Positions 17,001 through 24,725 of a DNA stretch of 38,238 nucleotides are shown here, in pieces. Location of the stretch: positions 1 through 38,238 of the IMG/VR virus record IMGVR_UViG_3300020280_000008; one strand, given 5' to 3'. The position numbers were made by a program, and so were the translations under genes. The notes below the pieces were generated by a model. The model had not been told where the DNA came from, made no database searches, and saw only the letters and a program-made list of their open reading frames with translations. Origin of the DNA: a virus. Taxonomy: Duplodnaviria > Caudoviricetes. How positions within the stretch are numbered: the first letter of the stretch is position 1; every line of letters begins with the position of its first letter.

Positions 17001-17904
17001 TACTGCAACGGTTAGCACATCTGGAGCTGGCACTGTAAATAATGTTACATTAGGATCTGGTGGTAGCAATTATACTGAACAACCATATGCTTATGTTGTA
17101 AATGGATCTGCTGGGGGAACAGTTGTAAATGCAACGGTAGACTCAAATGCAGGGACTGTAACTGACATTACATTAGTTCCAAACTCTTCTCAACCATATG
17201 AGAATATGCTTTTGTTTGGTGGAGTTAATGCGAAAACTAGTAAAACAAGATATGTTATTGTAAAACCAACGGATTGTAGTAAAGTCAATTACATCGGTAT
17301 TAAAGCAGCTAGAGGTAATGGTGTAAATGGTGGTGATAGACCAGAAGAGACACTAAAAGTATATTATCAATTACCTTCTTCAAGTACTTGGGTGTTGATT
17401 GATACTATCATCAATCCCAATGCTAATAGAAATGATCCTATTATTGGAAATGTACCTCCAGTTAGTGAAGCATGGGATGGAACATCTGGTAACACAAAGT
17501 GGTACACATATAATGTGGCACTACCACAAGCAGCAAAAGAAAATAATGTAAAAATCAAATTTGAACAACCACGAGCAAATGCAAATAGTGCTAATGATAA
17601 TGCTGATAATACAGACCACTATGGTATTGCTGAAGTAATTTACTGGAAAGAGAAAGTAACAGAACTAGTATTCACTCCAACAGCAGGAGCAATCTCTAAA
17701 CCAGCAGTTGATTCTCTTACATATACTGTTCAAGGTGAAACAGGACCAGGAATTACATATAGCTCTGGTTTAAATGCTAGTGATGCTAGGTTGACAATGA
17801 AGTCAACTACGAAAGTAGAACCAATTGCTTCTCTAGACCCAGACTTTGATATTCCTCTACTTACACCATATAGACTTTGTAAGTATCTTATCAAAGCTTT
17901 CTAA
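14068..17904 (+). CDS. Glycine-rich tail-collar domain tail fibre protein
   Basis: Collar motif (PIGSIVP; GYLYCDGS..YPMLF.VIG.KYGG; GTFAVPD) interrupted by GSGY/GGGGSGATA repeats; long Gly-rich region; HSH/HKH motifs; C-terminal YLIKAF. Confidence 0.8.
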   Translation: MAQSYRNARQGFLTDMLVDTTPIGSIVPNLKSTDNSFDHSYVKSGDINYGNLSEKTGNAYVNGDDPAYTHEGYLYCDGSTYEISDYPMLFSVIGNKYGGRASQGIDITNPGSGYTSNPVVTVDAPSGANSTQATAYAEIDNTGKLVKIDTIIAGSGYDPNNPPSVTITGGGGSGATAVVRIDPDTGGLSGITTANVLDWWGITNLGTFAVPDTKTRKIVGNNAVFGNNSPNVGNSSLGVGITGGQWYFAKESQDEYFSLGRITTAGYDQVVETTGCTIIGSQDVTVSMRETKLTGVFQHSHAVFHTIPGDNQYIAEASGDRYLADFKEGSGRVQRWYPTSGQVFTHKHALLRRPNDDNTVATYDVWDAFGGASGNGSIKNPLDAPADQKYMASGAAGAGSWDFQTFIPNPTFYRTQGNSVIGNRDITTGGTPIIDYTNEWEFTNPGNYTVDFSTVTGSPESFQFIAIGGGGSGANGDTGGNSGGDTSIKVGDGSIIHLVGKGGGGGGAASGQSGGNGGSKGGTQKLGSKSAGKFDGLDGTDGGNGAASNGYPKVDYPSNPGTGGIGGLLGRAAVDMGPVYGAGTNGVNREVTGQSGTVDTELTSDGTFNLQGINNPTFVAFWVHGGKGGGVSKGSVTGHPGTRVYGELKASARATFTQNSWSVKIGYAGGTGGNSPGGGGSGAGSGSGKRGGQGHIPPPPSSGGPGASGGGGGGCTALYRGSQLVIGAGGGGGAGADGYDGGPGQNGIGPVGLQQVTSAIGTGSGGVGGNYGCIGGGGGGGGGGAAVNGFTTPGGTGGGAPGGPGGAPGGGGGHQGGGGGMTGTSSIRTDYFQSASQSSSGRTNGKVRMKVDYNNDYWTSGGGGGGGAGSWNGTTSWSSLGNPTSAQITVGDGGSSPGGGVAKGGVGYAKLGLGIITGYIGGTTTTSVGDIYEEGTADNVDWDVDIVSFGDGTGNQGNFKKPSGTPTIVITGGGGSGATATVSTSGAGTVNNVTLGSGGSNYTEQPYAYVVNGSAGGTVVNATVDSNAGTVTDITLVPNSSQPYENMLLFGGVNAKTSKTRYVIVKPTDCSKVNYIGIKAARGNGVNGGDRPEETLKVYYQLPSSSTWVLIDTIINPNANRNDPIIGNVPPVSEAWDGTSGNTKWYTYNVALPQAAKENNVKIKFEQPRANANSANDNADNTDHYGIAEVIYWKEKVTELVFTPTAGAISKPAVDSLTYTVQGETGPGITYSSGLNASDARLTMKSTTKVEPIASLDPDFDIPLLTPYRLCKYLIKAF

Positions 17905-17907
17905 ATA
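17901..17907 (+). promoter_or_regulatory. Putative T4-like late promoter (CTAAATA)
   Basis: Variant of the T4 late consensus TATAAATA, 25 nt before ATG 17932. Confidence 0.55.
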
Positions 17908-17931
17908 TATCGGAGACCATATTGAAATAAC

Positions 17932-18837
17932 ATGTCAACGCAAAATACAGCTGACATACCAGTGTTACAGGTGCAACTTGACACGGTAAATCAGGAAATT
18001 ACATATAATGGTACGTCAAAGGTAATTCCTGAGTCTTATTGGAAAGATACCCTACTTCCTTTTCTTTATCCTCTATGGGATAGTGATAAAGATAAGTTAA
18101 TCCTGTTCAATTGGTTTACCAATGACACATACTATGCTAAACGTAGAAGACATAAAAAGAATTTTTCTACAGGTGAATATGAGTGGGTTGATTATGAGAT
18201 GGAGCAACTTGCTGGTGATGAAGGCAAGGCAGTAAAAGATAAATTAGTTGAAGCATATTATCTTATTGATTCTTTGGAAGAGCAAGAGTTCAACCAAGAA
18301 CTTGCTAGAATGTATGCTAAAACTTCGTCAGTATCACCTCTCACTATCAGACTATCACGTAACTTCCTGTTAGATGAGACAGATTGGGCAATGACATCTG
18401 ATTCTCCACTTACTGATGATGAGAAAGCAAAATACATTACATATCGTCAAAAACTGAGAGATATTACAGATCAAGTAGAATTCTCTACCGATGCTGAGAG
18501 TGTTAAGTTCCCTATTTCACCTGAATTTTATAATAAAATCTACTCACAGGATAATCCTGATGTAGAATATCTTGCAACAGATGATCAAATGATGTCACTT
18601 GCAAGACATCAACTTAAGTTATTCAGAGATAAAATTGCAAATTATCTTGTAATCAAGTCAATCACTGAAACCAACTACTTCAATGCTCTGCTCACTGAGT
18701 ATGAAACTGTTAAGAATGCAAGAGAATCAAATCAGGTTGAAGATGCATTTACACCAGAGCAAATTGCTGAGAGAAAACTATTCCTAGAAGAACTGCTTAA
18801 GAAAGTACAGGATGAATTAGATGAGGAAGCATCATGA
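17932..18837 (+). CDS. Tail fibre assembly chaperone-like protein
   Basis: RNFLLDETDWAMTSDSPL...YRQKLRDIT...KFP matches the phage tail-assembly chaperone motif; follows the fibre genes. Confidence 0.7.
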   Translation: MSTQNTADIPVLQVQLDTVNQEITYNGTSKVIPESYWKDTLLPFLYPLWDSDKDKLILFNWFTNDTYYAKRRRHKKNFSTGEYEWVDYEMEQLAGDEGKAVKDKLVEAYYLIDSLEEQEFNQELARMYAKTSSVSPLTIRLSRNFLLDETDWAMTSDSPLTDDEKAKYITYRQKLRDITDQVEFSTDAESVKFPISPEFYNKIYSQDNPDVEYLATDDQMMSLARHQLKLFRDKIANYLVIKSITETNYFNALLTEYETVKNARESNQVEDAFTPEQIAERKLFLEELLKKVQDELDEEAS

Positions 18838-19184
18838 TTATTCAAGGTAATGAACTACAAGTATATGATCTTATAGCATCTTATGCACAGAGATATCAAT
18901 GTAACCTAGTATACTTTGATCTAACAAATTATAATCAATTAGATGAATCAACCAAGAATACTGTAAATGCTTGGTATGAAGATTTTATTGATGAATATGT
19001 TCTTGACATTATGAAACAGGGTATCTTCAATACAATTAAGTTTCCTGATGAAACTGTAGCATGTCTTAACGCTGGATCATGGTTCCCGAGAGCAAGTCAG
19101 TGTCCAGATGCTAACCATTATATCAGATGCTATGTGGTTGACGCATATGGTGATATAATCTGGGAGAACAAAGAGACTGCATGA
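18834..19184 (+). CDS. Conserved hypothetical cyanophage protein
   Basis: 116-aa ORF with ATGA overlaps on both sides and GAGGA before the start. Confidence 0.75.
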   Translation: MIIQGNELQVYDLIASYAQRYQCNLVYFDLTNYNQLDESTKNTVNAWYEDFIDEYVLDIMKQGIFNTIKFPDETVACLNAGSWFPRASQCPDANHYIRCYVVDAYGDIIWENKETA

Positions 19185-19423
19185 CCCAATTGATGAATGT
19201 ACCTAGTGAGTTTGAACTGCACCACCTGCAGTTTCAAGCAATGATGCGTGAGCATGACATCCCAACCAGTGAACTAATGTATCTTGGTGAACGTGAGTAC
19301 ACTGAAGACTATGTTGCACATCCCGAATTTCATGGTATGATGATGCACTGGTATCTCGTAGGAGGGGAGCATGAAGTCCCCATCTGCGACATCCAGTCCA
19401 TTGACCGTGTTGACGAGGACTAA
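19181..19423 (+). CDS. Hypothetical protein
   Basis: 80-aa ORF translationally coupled to both neighbours. Confidence 0.7.
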   Translation: MTQLMNVPSEFELHHLQFQAMMREHDIPTSELMYLGEREYTEDYVAHPEFHGMMMHWYLVGGEHEVPICDIQSIDRVDED

Positions 19424-20019
19424 TGTTTTCCGAACAATTGATTTCACTTGCGACTGAGCGAGCACTGGGTCACCCCACACAAATACAATGTGATCTTTTT
19501 GAGGAGTTATATGAAACCTACATCAACGACTCAAACAGTTCCACTCTGCGCGAGCATATTGTTGCTCGTGTTGCTGGTTGTAACCCTTTGGCTGGCAAAC
19601 TTGGTCGCGATGCAATCCACCCTGCAACAAATGTAGAGAAAGAAGTCAAACCAAAAAACTACACTGGTAAGACTACCAATGGTAGTGGTTGCTTCAATGA
19701 CTACACACGTGCAAGATATAATAAAGATACTGCTGTCAATCTTCCCATCATTCATGGGTTGTTTGTTGGTGGTATCTTGCAGTATGTGGTAGAATTTACT
19801 ATTGACGCTGTTGCATCTAAACTTGATGAACAAGTCAGAAAGAAATGTGAAGAGGGTGGCAATCAGTATGTACGTTCTGCATCATGGACGTGGAGCGACT
19901 GGATTGATCACCCATCACTAACTGTTCATTATATTGACAAACCATTGCTTAAGCATAATCATGTCAAAGGACAGTATAAAGTATGTGATCCATTCTACAA
20001 GAAACTAATTGCCTTGTGA
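19423..20019 (+). CDS. Putative PD-(D/E)xK restriction-endonuclease-like nuclease
   Basis: GRDAI....EKEVKPK resembles the D...ExK catalytic motif; GAGGA upstream. Confidence 0.45.
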   Translation: MFSEQLISLATERALGHPTQIQCDLFEELYETYINDSNSSTLREHIVARVAGCNPLAGKLGRDAIHPATNVEKEVKPKNYTGKTTNGSGCFNDYTRARYNKDTAVNLPIIHGLFVGGILQYVVEFTIDAVASKLDEQVRKKCEEGGNQYVRSASWTWSDWIDHPSLTVHYIDKPLLKHNHVKGQYKVCDPFYKKLIAL

Positions 20020-20073
20020 CACCTTACAAACCGCCACACTTCCGCTCGCCACGCACCCGATGTGCTCTACAAT
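20016..20073 (+). promoter_or_regulatory. Early promoter with 22-bp palindrome and -10 TACAAT
   Basis: GTGACACCT-taca-AACCGCCAC (20016-20037), 30-nt gap, TACAAT at 20068. Confidence 0.6.
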
Positions 20074-20094
20074 ATGAGCAATCAAGACAAAACG

Positions 20095-20256
20095 ATGCTC
20101 AAAGCAACTATCGTCAAGACCATTCAAGAGTGCTGCAAAGGCACTGCTCTGACAAAAGTTGAGAAGTTTCAAGTGTTCTGTCATGTGTGTGATAACATGC
20201 TGAAAGAAGGTCACATCACTAAGATTCAACACGAGCGTTACACTAACATTTTTTGA
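20095..20256 (+). CDS. Small hypothetical early protein
   Basis: 53 aa; ATG chosen downstream of the -10 box. Confidence 0.65.
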   Translation: MLKATIVKTIQECCKGTALTKVEKFQVFCHVCDNMLKEGHITKIQHERYTNIF

Positions 20257-20552
20257 TGGAATTGCCAGCAAACTTTATTCACCTTCCCCCTTCAGGATAC
20301 TCTTATGAATGCACTTTACACAAGCGTAACTATCTGTCTATTTGGTGTGTTAACCATAGCGAATTTGTATATAACAATGGGTGCCGTGCAAAAACTATCT
20401 GGGGATTCTACAACATTAAGAAACGATGCTATTACGCCCCGATCAACTCTAAAAAACCAGGAGCGGAAATAGATATTGGTAAGACGACACCATACACTGC
20501 TATGCAAATCGTCAAACCAATGAGACCAACAATAGGTAACTTCTATGAGTGA
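20253..20552 (+). CDS. Conserved hypothetical cyanophage protein
   Basis: 99-aa ORF (IWGFYN...APINSKKPG...TTPYTAM); overlapping start/stop. Confidence 0.7.
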   Translation: MMELPANFIHLPPSGYSYECTLHKRNYLSIWCVNHSEFVYNNGCRAKTIWGFYNIKKRCYYAPINSKKPGAEIDIGKTTPYTAMQIVKPMRPTIGNFYE

Positions 20553-20700
20553 ACAGAAGAAGGACTACGATGGACCACTCTATGCACCATGGCATAAGGT
20601 AGAGGAATTTAGGAAACAACGACCATCATACGTTGATTATGTCATGGGTAAAATTAAATACCCTCCTGCATTCAAACGAGACGGAAAACTATCCGAATAA
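20545..20700 (+). CDS. Small hypothetical protein
   Basis: 51-aa ORF read by eye (MSEQKKDYDGPLYAPW...); fills the gap between genes. Confidence 0.6.
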   Translation: MSEQKKDYDGPLYAPWHKVEEFRKQRPSYVDYVMGKIKYPPAFKRDGKLSE

Positions 20701-20711
20701 GTGAATTTTCG

Positions 20712-20720
20712 TGCTATACT
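20712..20720 (+). promoter_or_regulatory. Extended -10 promoter (TGcTATACT)
   Basis: Sits ahead of a GAGGT ribosome-binding site and ATG 20743. Confidence 0.55.
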
Positions 20721-20742
20721 ACTAGAAGACTACGAGGTAACC

Positions 20743-20934
20743 ATGTCTGAATACTATGATCTGAAACATCAAAAACGTAAAGATGCATTTGGTTTGTTCT
20801 ATGAGAGTGTACTCAAACCAGATCATGAACTACGTCAATGTGCTCACAACCAAGAATGTTTTCACGAACTAATGGAGTGGCGCAATGATATCCTAGGATA
20901 TCTTGATCAACGTCGTAACCAGGAATTTCACTAA
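20743..20934 (+). CDS. Hypothetical protein
   Basis: 63 aa from the ATG with a GAGGT RBS. Confidence 0.7.
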   Translation: MSEYYDLKHQKRKDAFGLFYESVLKPDHELRQCAHNQECFHELMEWRNDILGYLDQRRNQEFH

Positions 20935-21296
20935 TGTCAACTGAGCGTCCCCTCATCACACCACCTCTTCGTAAGACTTATGCACAACAGCGTAAAGATC
21001 GTCTCCAAGATGCTATTGATGATTACCTCCAAGATGGAGAGTTCTCGGCACAACAGACATATGAAGAGGTGCTATCTTGCATCAATGATGTAATTGAGTA
21101 CCATCAGAATGCTTACTGTCGTGCTAGAGAGTTGCACGATCTCATGACAAGTGAGCGTACACAAAATCTTAATGAACATAAGATTGCAACTCAGCAGGAA
21201 CCAGTATATAATGAAGATGGCAGCACTTCATACAAATATGCTGCTCATATCACCCTAAGTGACATTCAAAAGTTCCAACGAGGCAATAGTCTATGA
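20934..21296 (+). CDS. Hypothetical protein
   Basis: 120-aa ORF, TAATG coupling. Confidence 0.7.
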   Translation: MSTERPLITPPLRKTYAQQRKDRLQDAIDDYLQDGEFSAQQTYEEVLSCINDVIEYHQNAYCRARELHDLMTSERTQNLNEHKIATQQEPVYNEDGSTSYKYAAHITLSDIQKFQRGNSL

Positions 21297-21451
21297 AATT
21301 CCGTGTTGAATGGTGGAAGCGAAAGAAGAAAGGATGCAGCAGGCAATCTGTTGTCCTATTCAATGATGATGATGTACTGCATTTTGTTAAAAACATTCAA
21401 CTAGATCCTAATGTGAGTACTGTAGATGTTATCCCTGTGCTAGGAGAATGA
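21293..21451 (+). CDS. Small hypothetical protein
   Basis: 52 aa (MKFRVEWWKRKKKG...), ATGA overlaps at both ends. Confidence 0.6.
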   Translation: MKFRVEWWKRKKKGCSRQSVVLFNDDDVLHFVKNIQLDPNVSTVDVIPVLGE

Positions 21452-21624
21452 ACACAGTAAACGTTGAACTCACCCCATCACAAATTAACTTTCTGCTGGA
21501 TATGATGATGGGGTGTCCTATGGGTCACACCGAACAATACTCATATCATCATGGTGTGTCCGCAGGACAGTTGTATGGACACCTGGAGAGCTGTCTACCT
21601 GACGCTCCTGATGCGGAGTCCTAG
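21448..21624 (+). CDS. Small hypothetical protein
   Basis: 58 aa (MNTVNVELTPSQINFLL...), ATGA overlap. Confidence 0.55.
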   Translation: MNTVNVELTPSQINFLLDMMMGCPMGHTEQYSYHHGVSAGQLYGHLESCLPDAPDAES

Positions 21625-21632
21625 CCTATACT
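21576..21632 (+). promoter_or_regulatory. Early promoter with palindrome
   Basis: TGGACACCT-ggag-AGCTGTCTA (21576-21597), 29-nt gap, TATACT at 21627. Confidence 0.6.
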
Positions 21633-21657
21633 ACTAAGGTAATCAAGGGAGAGACAC

Positions 21658-21843
21658 ATGACCCGCACCATCCAAGAGGTACGAGCAGAGCGTGACCGTC
21701 ACCTGGCACAACCTGAGACCCGCGCCACCTATGCTCTCAAGAATTACTCTCAATGGTGTGCTGGTCGTGTTAAGTGCCTTAACACCTTTGATGACATCAT
21801 GGACGTGATTGAGCACAATGTTGAACCCTACGAACTCTACTGA
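21658..21843 (+). CDS. Hypothetical protein
   Basis: 61 aa with a GGGAG RBS. Confidence 0.65.
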   Translation: MTRTIQEVRAERDRHLAQPETRATYALKNYSQWCAGRVKCLNTFDDIMDVIEHNVEPYELY

Positions 21844-21989
21844 TGTTTACTAAAGACGATCACGATTTCCTTGACATGTTGTTTGGTAAACTCACCAAGC
21901 ACGTAGAGATGGACATGGTGGATCTTAGCGACTCTGATTGCTGTGATGACCACCTGCAGTGGACACAACTAGAACTGCCCACTGACTGA
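21843..21989 (+). CDS. Small acidic hypothetical protein
   Basis: 48 aa (MFTKDDHDFLDMLFGKL...), TGATG coupling. Confidence 0.55.
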   Translation: MFTKDDHDFLDMLFGKLTKHVEMDMVDLSDSDCCDDHLQWTQLELPTD

Positions 21990-22016
21990 CCACAGGGCAC
22001 TCAGATCCCTTATACT
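21960..22016 (+). promoter_or_regulatory. Early promoter with palindrome
   Basis: TGGACACAA-ctag-AACTGCCCA (21960-21981), 29-nt gap, TATACT at 22011. Confidence 0.6.
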
Positions 22017-22038
22017 ATAGACATCAACGCAACAGACC

Positions 22039-22491
22039 ATGACCACTACCTTCGCTGACTACTGTGCCACCGCTGACGCTCGTCAGCAGATCGCTGACAA
22101 CGTTACCAAGTGGACTGAGATGCTCTGTGAGGCACTCGTGCTTGACTTCAAAATGGATAGCATCCGCCGTGCCAACTTCTTCAACCACACTGACCCTGAG
22201 TACAAAGCAAAGCGTCTTGAGTCTATTGAGCGTGGTGATTGCCTGTACAAGTTCTACTATGAGACTGGTCGCAAGTATCACAAGGTGATCATGGAGACTG
22301 AAGATGGTTCCCGTAGTGTTCACGCTTTCATCAACAAGAAGACTGGTGAGTTGCACAAAGCAGCATCATTCAAAGCACCTGTGAAAGAACCACGTTTTGA
22401 TCTCCGCGTGATTAAGGAGCGTGAGTTTGTACTTGAGAAGTGTGACTGGGCAGGTGGTTACCTGTACAAGAATGCATACTATCAGGGTTGA
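22039..22491 (+). CDS. Conserved early phage protein of unknown function
   Basis: 150 aa; GRKYHKVI...SVHAFI.KKTG.L.KAASFKAP motif recurrent in marine T4-like phages. Confidence 0.8.
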   Translation: MTTTFADYCATADARQQIADNVTKWTEMLCEALVLDFKMDSIRRANFFNHTDPEYKAKRLESIERGDCLYKFYYETGRKYHKVIMETEDGSRSVHAFINKKTGELHKAASFKAPVKEPRFDLRVIKEREFVLEKCDWAGGYLYKNAYYQG

Positions 22492-22516
22492 CACCCTCCC
22501 CATTGTCTGCTAAATT
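22488..22516 (+). promoter_or_regulatory. Sigma70-type promoter TTGACA-17-TAAATT with extended TG
   Basis: Consensus -35 box, 17-nt spacer, TG at 22508. Confidence 0.7.
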
Positions 22517-22545
22517 ACTTACAGTTCACCACTAAACCAAGAACC

Positions 22546-22764
22546 ATGTTCTACCTTGTTGCTGACGGTAACGCTTTCGCTCTTGATGACGACGGCACAG
22601 TCTTCGGTGCTCCTGTTAACATGGATGGCACTGTTGATTGGGATGGATCTTATGACTTTGATCCTAACGAAGAAGATGTTGAGTATGTTGCTCACATGTG
22701 TCAGTATCTGACTCTAGCGGCAAAACTAACAAAAGAGCACGATCAGGAGGTCTTTATCAAGTGA
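22546..22764 (+). CDS. Hypothetical acidic protein
   Basis: 72-aa ORF after the promoter, with an A/C-rich leader. Confidence 0.7.
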   Translation: MFYLVADGNAFALDDDGTVFGAPVNMDGTVDWDGSYDFDPNEEDVEYVAHMCQYLTLAAKLTKEHDQEVFIK

Positions 22765-22811
22765 TTTACTTATCACGTTATTGCAAAACAAAACCACAGC
22801 ACGTAGCACCT

Positions 22812-23054
22812 ATGATTGTCGCTGACATCAAGACCATGCTGCAACCGCTCCCATCGCGTTACAGCAGGGGCGAGTACACTGTACCTGTCAAGACCACGGC
22901 AGAACCCCTTACAGACGAATACAGGCGCTTCTGGCGCTATCATGGGCACTATACTCTTGAGTTTACCCGTGCTCTGATTGAATCTCTCCCCAAAGACGTA
23001 GAATTCGTCTCCTACGACCACCTCAACAACAAACTGACTCTGATCAAACTATGA
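22812..23054 (+). CDS. Hypothetical protein
   Basis: 80 aa from the ATG at 22812, preferred over the overlapping GTG at 22698. Confidence 0.65.
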   Translation: MIVADIKTMLQPLPSRYSRGEYTVPVKTTAEPLTDEYRRFWRYHGHYTLEFTRALIESLPKDVEFVSYDHLNNKLTLIKL

Positions 23055-23278
23055 ACAACGTTGACGCCCTTCGTATCTCTGGACAACGTGATGAAATCAG
23101 TGAGTGGGCAGTTGCTCGCTTTCGTGAACTCATGGAAGAGAATCGCATTGATGATGCTATCTCTTTTGCTGATGAGTTCTTTGAGTGGTTGGATCCCAAC
23201 AACTACATAAACGAGTCCACACACTTCTACAATGTAGATGAACTCACAGAACTCTACGAATCATTCTCTGATGAATGA
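23051..23278 (+). CDS. Hypothetical acidic protein
   Basis: 75 aa, ATGA coupling. Confidence 0.7.
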   Translation: MNNVDALRISGQRDEISEWAVARFRELMEENRIDDAISFADEFFEWLDPNNYINESTHFYNVDELTELYESFSDE

Positions 23279-23408
23279 GCAGATCAGGGGACTGATCCTC
23301 AAATATATGGAAGCAGAGAACGACAAAGATCATGCTCTAGCAGAGAAGATTCTCCATGACATCAACGAAATCAAACGTCTTTGTGGCGTCAATTGCTCTG
23401 ACTCCTGA
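23271..23408 (+). CDS. Small hypothetical protein
   Basis: 45 aa (MNEQIRGLILKYMEAE...), read by eye. Confidence 0.5.
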   Translation: MNEQIRGLILKYMEAENDKDHALAEKILHDINEIKRLCGVNCSDS

Positions 23409-23547
23409 GTTAGAGCAAGAGTATCAAGATTGGTTAGAGATCAAGCGTAGTTTGGGTATCAAACGTACACTTAAAAGTTTCTTATACTTTATCCATAACT
23501 ATGGAATACCTACTAACCAAGAAGGAGGCAGTGTGGATCTGCCGTAA
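23356..23547 (+). CDS. Hypothetical protein
   Basis: 63-aa ORF; start uncertain because it overlaps both neighbours. Confidence 0.55.
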   Translation: MTSTKSNVFVASIALTPELEQEYQDWLEIKRSLGIKRTLKSFLYFIHNYGIPTNQEGGSVDLP

Positions 23548-23695
23548 GGTGATTAAGATCTGGCATCCTGAATTGCGTGGTGATATACCAGGCAAACAGG
23601 AGTACTGGACTAAATTCCTTGACATTCTCTACCATGATGGTAGAATAAGTAAACAAGATTATGAGACATGGTTATGCCCATTCAAGCAACGCTGA
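23501..23695 (+). CDS. Hypothetical protein
   Basis: 64 aa with a W..F.D.L..DG.IS...Y..W..PF motif. Confidence 0.65.
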   Translation: MEYLLTKKEAVWICRKVIKIWHPELRGDIPGKQEYWTKFLDILYHDGRISKQDYETWLCPFKQR

Positions 23696-24372
23696 AAAAC
23701 GTTATCATCGGAGGCGCTCTGCTTGGCATGGCGCATGGCATGAGCGTTGAAGCAAACGAAGACAAGATTACAAAAGGTTTTTACACCATGGATGCCATGG
23801 GTTGTATGCTCCTGCGTGAGTGTACTGATGGTGTTAAACAAGTACACACCATGCTTGACGTTTCTACGGAGTATGATGACCCAGAACGTTTCACTGGTGT
23901 GGCACATGAATTTAATAGGATGGTTGATGCACTCAAGGTAGTAGGATCAAACGTATATCTTGCGGATCAGAAATACTTCCCGATTGGACATCGCGGAGTA
24001 TATCATACTGTGAGTAACAATATGTACCTGAACAAGGCATATATGCATCGTCCATCCGCACTCATGAGTGTTGTACGTCATGAAGGATGGCATGCTGCAC
24101 AGGATTGTATGGCAGGCACTATCAAAAACAATATGATTGCCATCATCCACAATGAAGAAGATGTGCCTATGATCTGGCAAGAGCTTGCTAAGCGCACATA
24201 TAAAGACATGCCTCACGCTATTCCGTGGGAGAAAGAAGCATCATGGGCAGGTAAAACTGAGAACATGACCATGGAAGCACTACAATCGTGCGCTCGTGGT
24301 ACAATGTGGACAGATTATGAACCGACACCACTGACTGGTGAGTGGTTGCGTGAGAATGGTTATATCAAATGA
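23668..24372 (+). CDS. HEXXH zinc-metallopeptidase-like protein with a signal-peptide-like N-terminus
   Basis: VVRHEGWHAAQDC plus downstream WEKEA; hydrophobic LKNVIIGGALLGMAHG N-terminus. Confidence 0.6.
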   Translation: MVMPIQATLKNVIIGGALLGMAHGMSVEANEDKITKGFYTMDAMGCMLLRECTDGVKQVHTMLDVSTEYDDPERFTGVAHEFNRMVDALKVVGSNVYLADQKYFPIGHRGVYHTVSNNMYLNKAYMHRPSALMSVVRHEGWHAAQDCMAGTIKNNMIAIIHNEEDVPMIWQELAKRTYKDMPHAIPWEKEASWAGKTENMTMEALQSCARGTMWTDYEPTPLTGEWLRENGYIK

Positions 24373-24725
24373 TGCATTACACTACTGCTGTTACCACTGA
24401 TGCCCAAGACAACTACATCATCACGATCCCAGACCAAATCCTCAACTACCTTGAGTGGAAAGAAGGTGACACGCTCAACTGGCAAATCTCGGACAGCAAG
24501 CAAATCATCATCACCAAAATCAAGAACTCAGAAGAGTCTGGAGGAGAAGACCAAGAGTCTAACATCAGTGAAGCAACCCAAGAAGACTGGGAAGATTTCT
24601 GGTACAACAGCGAAAGCGAAGGCAAAGACTACGACGAAAGGTACGACCAGTACATCCAAGAAACAGCAAAAGAAACCTTCGGTCAAGCGTACCACTCGCC
24701 AGAACAGCAAGGATCGTGGAGTTAA
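24369..24725 (+). CDS. AbrB/MazE/SpoVT-like DNA-binding protein with an acidic tail
   Basis: NYIITIPDQILNYLEWKEGDTLNW.I...QIIITK matches the swapped-hairpin consensus. Confidence 0.65.
   Translation: MMHYTTAVTTDAQDNYIITIPDQILNYLEWKEGDTLNWQISDSKQIIITKIKNSEESGGEDQESNISEATQEDWEDFWYNSESEGKDYDERYDQYIQETAKETFGQAYHSPEQQGSWS

Noticed and set aside
720-17558. Many short alternate-frame and antisense ORFs within the structural genes
   Set aside because: Shadow ORFs from codon bias; they have no recognisable motifs or expression signals.
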